From assembly GCA_963665385.1 (NCBI GenBank), contig OY762213.1, positions 1,833,211 to 1,897,210 of the forward strand: a stretch of DNA of 64,000 nt, given 5' to 3'. This document shows, piece after piece, positions 58,655 through 64,000 of the stretch. Position 1 is the first letter of the stretch. Every line of letters begins with the position of its first letter. Source of the DNA: Dehalococcoidia bacterium. GTDB lineage: Bacteria > Chloroflexota > Dehalococcoidia > UBA6926. Made by a program: the position numbers and the translations under genes. Below the pieces are notes generated by a model. It had not been told where the DNA came from, searched no databases, and saw only the letters and a list, made by a program, of their open reading frames with translations.

Positions 58655-58737
58655 TGAGCCTCCGTATTACTGGTAAGTGGTTGACTAAGGAATCGTGGCG
58701 TTTGAAGCAGTCAATGAGATTAGATTGGGGACTCTAC

Positions 58738-59097
58738 CTACTCCACGTATGACAACATGCGGTGGACAAATGCGTGGACGAGTGGGCGATCTGCTTCGAC
58801 CTCAAAGTCCTCCATTTCGTCGTGGTAGAAGTTCTTGTGGAATTTCTCTGCCGCCGCAAAGCCGCCCGTGAAGAACACGTCGTCAGCTTCGCCTGCCACT
58901 AGCTGGACCACGTTCTTCATGGCGCGGTGGGAGCGGCATTCCCACCCACGTTGATCCGCCACCGCCATCACCGCGTGTGTGGCGGCGCCCCACAGCTTCT
59001 CGGACGCCTGCAGATGGTCTCCCGCAGCGAACTCCTCATCTGACACGGAGAGGAATTCCAGCGCGGTCTGTGAATGATCAGCCTGATTCATGACCAC
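58738..59097 (-). CDS. Hypothetical small helical protein (PaREP1/HEPN-like?)
   Basis: ORF only, 119 aa, acidic. It resembles PaREP1-type small helical proteins only weakly. Confidence 0.4.
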   Translation of the reverse strand: MVMNQADHSQTALEFLSVSDEEFAAGDHLQASEKLWGAATHAVMAVADQRGWECRSHRAMKNVVQLVAGEADDVFFTGGFAAAEKFHKNFYHDEMEDFEVEADRPLVHAFVHRMLSYVE

Positions 59098-59134
59098 AGT
59101 CTACCGCGCTATTGTCGGCCAGGCGTTTTAGACG

Positions 59135-59323
59135 TTACTTTGCCGCTTTGGCGGCGGTGCGGAGGCAGCGTGTGCACATGCGGACCTGCGTGCGCGTTCC
59201 ATTCTCGTCGTACTGCGAGATCTTCTGCACGTTGACGTTCCAGCGACGCCGCGTCTTGCGATGCGAGTGGCTGACGTTGTTTCCGAATTGCGGGCCTTTG
59301 CCGCAGACTTGACACTTTGCCAT
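59135..59323 (-). CDS. rpmB: 50S ribosomal protein L28
   Basis: 62 aa from the internal Met. MAKCQVCGKGPQFGNNVSHSHRKTRRRWNVNVQK...RVCTRCL matches L28. The ORF-track N-terminal extension is rejected. Confidence 0.85.
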   Translation of the reverse strand: MAKCQVCGKGPQFGNNVSHSHRKTRRRWNVNVQKISQYDENGTRTQVRMCTRCLRTAAKAAK

Positions 59324-59486
59324 GATGTTTCGTTCAATTCCGCTCGTTGGTGTGTAGTCGAACCGGCTGATTTCGCCTTGGGGCAAAGGGCCGGCTGCAT
59401 AGCTGCCGTACAGCGTCGTATGCTACCAGAGTCGGAGCATCTGGGCAACGATGCCTGGAGTACGGAACACTGTAGGAGGACTACCA

Positions 59487-61112
59487 ATGACTAGCGGCAA
59501 CAGTGCTGGCACTCTGGACGGGCAGGGGTTGCTTGATGCGTTGGCGGGCGGCGCGGAATGGCTGCAGGCAAACGTCGACGCAGTAAACGCGCTCAACGTG
59601 TATCCCGTGCCGGACGGCGACACCGGTACCAACATGATGCTCACGCTTCAGACTGCGCTCCGTGACGCGCAGGAGAACCCCGGCGACGGCACAGTCGGCG
59701 CGATGTCCGCCGTCATCGGACAGGGCGCGCTGCGCGGCGCCCGCGGCAACAGCGGCGTCATCCTTTCCCAGTATTTGAAGGGCTTCGCACAGGGTCTCGA
59801 CGGTGTCGGCACTATGGACGGCCCGGCGCTCGCACGAGGTTTACAGTCCGCCTCTGAAGCCGCATACGGCGCCATGAGCAAGCCCGTCGAGGGCACCATG
59901 TTGACCGTCGGGCGCGAGGCAGGGGAGGCGGCAAACGCCAGCGGCTCAGCAGACGTCATCGAAACCCTGCGCGCTGCCGCGAACGAGGCGGACGCATCAA
60001 CTGCGAGGACGCCGGAGCTGCTGCCCGTGCTAGCGAGCGCGGGCGTCGTTGATTCCGGCGGCCAGGGCATCGCCGTTATCCTTCGGGGCGCGCTCTCGCG
60101 ATTGACCGGGGAGGACACGGGCCCTGCACTGGAAGCGCCGACCATTGCGTCTATCGACCCAAGCCTGTACGCAGGAGAGGCCGGTGACGCGTGGGGTTAC
60201 TGCACCGAATTCGTGCTGATGGAGCCCACATCCAACATGGACACCGTCCGCGCGACGATGGCCCTGTTCGGCGAATCGGAGTCCATTGTCGAGGGTGATG
60301 GGCTGATCCGCGTTCACCTGCACACGTCTGAGCCGGAGGTTGTGCTGACCGAGGCTGAGGGGATGGGACGGCTTGAGCAAGTATCCATCCGTGACATGGA
60401 TCAGCAACACCAACAATTCCTCGCCGGACATGGGGAAGACATCGAGGACGTCGCCTGCGGCGTCGTGTCCGTCGCGTCCGGCCCCGGGTTCGTCAAGATC
60501 ATGCGCGGCCTTGGCGCCGGCTCAATCATCTGGGGCGGGCAATCTATGAATCCGTCCGCGGAAGAGATTGCGGAGGCCGTCGAATCCATCCCCGCGCCGG
60601 ACATCATCATCCTGCCCAATAACAAGAACATCGCAGCGACGGCTGAGATCTCCCGTGACCTCATCCACACCAAGACCGTCACGGTGCTACCAACGGAGTC
60701 AGTGCAGCAGGGCATCGCCGCTCTCCTGACCTACACGGCCACCGTCTCAGTGCAGGACAACATGGAGGGCATGCAGGGAGCAGTTGACGAACTCCGGTGG
60801 GCGGAAGTCACCTTTGCCGTGCGCAGCGGCCAGGCCGGCGATGTGACATATGCAGCGGAACAGCCAATCGGCCTGCTGGAGGGCGATTTAGTCGTTTCGG
60901 GTGAGACACCCGAGTCGGTGGCGCAGTCACTGGTTGAGCGCATCGCGCCGGAGGGTGAAATGATCGTCACGCTGTACTACGGCGCGGGGATCACGGAGGA
61001 GCAAGCTGAGTCCGCTGCCGAGGCCATTAGCGCCGTCTGCCCGAACGACGTAGAGGTGGAAATCCAGAGCGGCGGCCAACCGCTGTATCCGTACCTCATC
61101 TCTGTCGAATAG
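59487..61112 (+). CDS. DAK2-domain fusion protein (YloV/FakA-like), divergent from rpmB
   Basis: 541 aa from MTSGNS, with a GGAGGA RBS. The DAK2 N-terminus has LNVYPVPDGDTGTNMMLTL and the C-terminal domain is YloV-like. The rpmB/yloV neighbourhood is conserved in Firmicutes and others. Confidence 0.85.
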   Translation: MTSGNSAGTLDGQGLLDALAGGAEWLQANVDAVNALNVYPVPDGDTGTNMMLTLQTALRDAQENPGDGTVGAMSAVIGQGALRGARGNSGVILSQYLKGFAQGLDGVGTMDGPALARGLQSASEAAYGAMSKPVEGTMLTVGREAGEAANASGSADVIETLRAAANEADASTARTPELLPVLASAGVVDSGGQGIAVILRGALSRLTGEDTGPALEAPTIASIDPSLYAGEAGDAWGYCTEFVLMEPTSNMDTVRATMALFGESESIVEGDGLIRVHLHTSEPEVVLTEAEGMGRLEQVSIRDMDQQHQQFLAGHGEDIEDVACGVVSVASGPGFVKIMRGLGAGSIIWGGQSMNPSAEEIAEAVESIPAPDIIILPNNKNIAATAEISRDLIHTKTVTVLPTESVQQGIAALLTYTATVSVQDNMEGMQGAVDELRWAEVTFAVRSGQAGDVTYAAEQPIGLLEGDLVVSGETPESVAQSLVERIAPEGEMIVTLYYGAGITEEQAESAAEAISAVCPNDVEVEIQSGGQPLYPYLISVE

Positions 61113-61128
61113 GCGCGCGCCGCTTGAC
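61105..61128. repeat. Left copy of a perfect 24-bp direct repeat TCGAATAGGCGCGCGCCGCTTGAC (contains the palindrome GGCGCGCGCC)
   Basis: Identical to 62609-62632. It overlaps the TAG stop of the upstream gene. Confidence 0.9.
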
Positions 61129-61252
61129 CTATTCCGGTCGTTGAACGCGGTGTTCTCGATGAGTAAACGTGGATTTTCACACGTTCGCATGATTTGACGC
61201 TCCATCAAAACGTCTGTATTCTCACGTCAGACATACGAAAGGAGATGCTGTT

Positions 61253-62521
61253 ATGCAGATAAACACAGGTGTTGATTTGAGAAAGGTTGAGGGAACAGTT
61301 GAGGATGCCAGGCAACGGGCTATCAGTCTGGCAACGGACTCACATCGTGAAGTACTTCCTGTACGGGTCTTTACCCAGGGAGGACGCCTGATGCTGGACG
61401 GCGTGTTGCCCATTCGCGTACTAACGAGGGTACTTGCCCGCAATGCCGCTCCCAAGGGTTCCCCGGCGGCCAAGGCACTGGACCATAACAATCGACCAGA
61501 GGATCCAGCGCACAGGAAGGCAATCGAGAGATATTTGCGGCGAGCCACCGAGAAGAACGATCGCTATCTGATACCGGCCCTCACCCTGAATTGCACGCGG
61601 GACGTGTCGGTGTTCGTACCCGCCGACAGCTACACACCCATAACAGGATATGCGGTACTTCCAGACGAGGCCGCCATTTACATAACGGATGGACAACACA
61701 GATTCCTTGCCATTAAGAACGTGGCAGACGATCTGCGGGGCACGTCGGCAGGTGAACGGTTCGTGAACGATAGTGTGCCAGTCATGATGACAATTGAAAG
61801 CGACCAAGAGCAGGTCCACCAAGATTTCGCTGATGCTGGCAGAACCAAACCGTTGCCAACCTCTCTTCTGGCAGTCTACGACGTTCGTCAGCCGGGGAAC
61901 CGCGCAGTCATGAAGCTTTCAAACGAAGTAGTACTGCTCAAAAGCAGAGTGGACGCTACCTCAAGCACACTCAGCATCAATTCTCCATACGTATTCCTGA
62001 TCAATCAAGTTCGCCAGTTCGTCAAGAGCAGTTTGACAGGGAAGGCCACCACTGGGGAGGCTGCCTTTGGTACTCAAGCTGAGAGTGTGCTGGGAAACCC
62101 GGCAGCCTTTGATCGGTGGACTACTTCGCGCATAGCTTTTCTAGACGTCGCCACCAAATTGATTCCTGATTGGAGCGAGATCTGCGGTCTCTCGGCGCCG
62201 GGCGGAGAAGATGCCCCAGAAGTGCTCAGCAAAATGAAGACAATCCGGGCTAGGAAGAATGTCAGCATCGCCGCCGCGTTCCTTGTTGCCCTGGGGTTGG
62301 TGTCTTATGAAGTGCTGACGGACGCCACGAGCGGCGCAGTGGATTACAGCCAAATGTGTCAAGAGTTGACGCAAAAGCTCCAACCTCTTGAGGAAGTCAA
62401 CTGGGATCGATCCGCAGAGATTTGGCAAGGGAATCTAGTTGTGGACGATAGGATTCGCACGCAGACTCCTGCCATCAATGAGGCCGCTAAGAAACTGAAG
62501 GCTCTTCTGAGCCTGACGTAG
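61253..62521 (+). CDS. DGQHR-domain protein, DndB-like (ParB/Srx-fold), stand-alone
   Basis: 422 aa with YITDGQHRFLAIKNV, an exact DGQHR motif. Upstream HRKAIERYLRR matches the DndB/DGQHR family layout. GC is lower than the flanks and there are no dndACDE or ssp genes nearby. Confidence 0.75.
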   Translation: MQINTGVDLRKVEGTVEDARQRAISLATDSHREVLPVRVFTQGGRLMLDGVLPIRVLTRVLARNAAPKGSPAAKALDHNNRPEDPAHRKAIERYLRRATEKNDRYLIPALTLNCTRDVSVFVPADSYTPITGYAVLPDEAAIYITDGQHRFLAIKNVADDLRGTSAGERFVNDSVPVMMTIESDQEQVHQDFADAGRTKPLPTSLLAVYDVRQPGNRAVMKLSNEVVLLKSRVDATSSTLSINSPYVFLINQVRQFVKSSLTGKATTGEAAFGTQAESVLGNPAAFDRWTTSRIAFLDVATKLIPDWSEICGLSAPGGEDAPEVLSKMKTIRARKNVSIAAAFLVALGLVSYEVLTDATSGAVDYSQMCQELTQKLQPLEEVNWDRSAEIWQGNLVVDDRIRTQTPAINEAAKKLKALLSLT

Positions 62522-62541
62522 CCTTTCTACCGGTTGCGCCT

Positions 62542-62590
62542 CTGGCCAAGGGTGCCACTACCAGTGTGAACGCGTGGTACCCTTGGCCGC
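62542..62590 (+). other. Strong hairpin downstream of the DGQHR gene (terminator-like or recombination site)
   Basis: The stem is GGCCAAGGGTGCCAC with a 19-nt loop, then GTGGTACCCTTGGCC (one mismatch). No T-tract follows. Confidence 0.5.
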
Positions 62591-62608
62591 AGCTTGATAA
62601 GAACGCCT

Positions 62609-62632
62609 TCGAATAGGCGCGCGCCGCTTGAC
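62609..62632. repeat. Right copy of the 24-bp direct repeat
   Basis: Identical to 61105-61128. Confidence 0.9.
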
Positions 62633-62721
62633 AGTGGTCAGCGTTGCGCTCACGCTCACGCCAGTATTGGGGAGGGCGTGGGCCACTCGAATTGTGGCGC
62701 CCACGGATTAGCGGGCGATAA

Positions 62722-64000
62722 ATGGCGGTTGAAACGCGGTCGTCACTCGGAATACTGAATCCCCGTCGGGTGTTCTACGGGTGGTGGATCGTTCTGTCGG
62801 GTTTCCTGCTGATGCTGTTCTCCACGGGTGTCGGATTCTACGGCTTCTCGGCATTTGTGAATCCCATTGCGGACTCCATTGCGGGCGGCAGCCGTGCGAT
62901 CGTTGCGACGGCGGTGTCAATCCAGCGCGCCGAGTCCGGAATCCTGGGGCCGATCATGGGATTCCTCGTGGATCGTGTGGGGCCGCGTATCATCCTCATC
63001 GGCGGATTCGTCATCGGCGGGCTGGGATTTATCCTCGTGGCGCTGACACAGAATGTCGTCCAGTTCTACGCGGCCTATTTCTTCCTGGCGCTTGGGCTAG
63101 GCGCAGGTTCGTTCCTGATTGTCAGTACGGCGGTCACAAACTGGTTCAGCCGCATGCGTGGCCGGGCGCTGGGTTTCTTGTTCCTCGGTCCGGGGTTTGC
63201 GGGCTTCCTGGTGCTGGGCATCGTCGAACTGATCGACATGTTCGGTTGGCGATACACGTTGGCCGGAATCGGCGTGGCGATGTGGATCATCTGCATCCCG
63301 TTGGCGCTGATCATGCGGCGGGCTCCGGAGGCATACGGGCAACGCCCGGACGGTGATCCGCCGGTTGAAGGATCATCGAGCGCGCCGGTTGCCCTGACAG
63401 GAGGGGGGGTGCCGGTTTCAGAGGCATCTCTGATTGGAATCGGCAGTGTTCTGCGAAGTGCCAGCTATTACCAGTACATATCTGCGTTCGGTCTGCAGCA
63501 GATGGGATTCTCTGCGCTGGTCATCTTCCAGATTCCGGCACTGCAGACCTTCGGACTTTCTGCAACCGAGGCGGGGGTTGCCGTGCTTATCTGGACAGTT
63601 GGCGGGCTTCCCGGGCGTCTCGCCTCCGGGTTCCTGGCAGACAAATTCGATAAGCGGCTGGTGCTGGCGGCGGCGTTCATCATGCAGCTGATCGGCTTGT
63701 TCTTCTTCTTGACGACGACGAATCTGAGCGGCGCAATGCTGTACGGCGTAACGCATGGCATCGGGTGGGGTATGACAACACCGTCCCGACTGGCATTGCA
63801 AGGTGAGCTGTGGGGGCGGGCGATATTTGGTCGGCTGATGGGGATTCAGACCGGGACCTCCGCTATCGGGTCCATCATCTCGCCGATATTCGTCGGGTGG
63901 TGGTTCGATACGTTCGACGAATACAAGACTCCGATCATGTTGCTATTCCTGCCCATGTTCCTCTGCATCGTGTTGGTGCTGACAATTAGGCGGCCCCAGC
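62722..64000 (+). CDS. MFS transporter, 3' end beyond the window (paralog of 38584..39891)
   Basis: The frame is open from ATG 62722 to the end of the window. MAVETRSSLGILNPRRVFYGWWIVLSGFLLML... has multiple TM helices. It is not in the ORF track because no stop falls in the window. Confidence 0.8.
   Translation, partial: MAVETRSSLGILNPRRVFYGWWIVLSGFLLMLFSTGVGFYGFSAFVNPIADSIAGGSRAIVATAVSIQRAESGILGPIMGFLVDRVGPRIILIGGFVIGGLGFILVALTQNVVQFYAAYFFLALGLGAGSFLIVSTAVTNWFSRMRGRALGFLFLGPGFAGFLVLGIVELIDMFGWRYTLAGIGVAMWIICIPLALIMRRAPEAYGQRPDGDPPVEGSSSAPVALTGGGVPVSEASLIGIGSVLRSASYYQYISAFGLQQMGFSALVIFQIPALQTFGLSATEAGVAVLIWTVGGLPGRLASGFLADKFDKRLVLAAAFIMQLIGLFFFLTTTNLSGAMLYGVTHGIGWGMTTPSRLALQGELWGRAIFGRLMGIQTGTSAIGSIISPIFVGWWFDTFDEYKTPIMLLFLPMFLCIVLVLTIRRPQ

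Noticed and set aside
59324-59386. N-terminal extension of the rpmB ORF (MPQGEISRFDYTPTSGIERNI)
   Set aside because: L28 homology begins at the internal MAKCQVCGK, so the extension is an upstream open frame.
1-64000. tRNA, rRNA or other structured RNA genes
   Set aside because: Intergenic regions were scanned by eye for tRNA-like acceptor/T-arm patterns (GGTTCGAATCC-type) and none were seen. Without a covariance-model tool this is a weak negative.

Overview
This is a high-GC (about 62-65%) bacterial chromosomal segment with roughly 60 genes. On sequence grounds alone it looks Chloroflexota/SAR202-like; that taxonomic guess is inference, not measured.

Housekeeping genes dominate. The plus strand carries tyrA, aroA, a remA-like gene followed by gmk, trpS, an IMPase-family gene, pepN and a DAK2/YloV-like gene. 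The minus strand carries upp, a panE-like gene, pheS, pheT, moeA, tkt, rpe, argH, argG and rpmB.

The most striking feature is a paralog expansion of acyl-CoA-dehydrogenase-fold genes. Eight copies share an MDF(R/S/T)F N-terminus and an (I)IAQRGLGLPR C-terminus. They fall into two subfamilies, several lie in tandem, and they are interspersed with two orphan ABC substrate-binding lipoproteins. A ninth, canonical ACAD is also present.

Four small low-GC islands interrupt the high-GC backbone.

- **19.7-22.0 kb:** an HNH endonuclease, a tail-anchored J-domain protein and an unknown 231-aa protein.
- **42.7-45.0 kb:** a secreted Cys-containing protein cassette with its own AT-rich promoter, bracketed by two arrays of REP/MITE-like inverted-repeat units. 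A truncated gene remnant abuts the right-hand array.
- **48.7-50.2 kb:** an orphan beta-class DNA methyltransferase with a DUF4926 gene and a frameshifted DUF6883 gene.
- **61.1-62.6 kb:** a lone DndB-like DGQHR-domain gene bounded by perfect 24-bp direct repeats containing a GGCGCGCGCC palindrome, with no other dnd or ssp genes nearby.

The DGQHR cassette and the repeat-bracketed secreted-protein cassette are the best candidates for previously undescribed mobile or defence-like modules. No rRNA, tRNA or CRISPR array was found.
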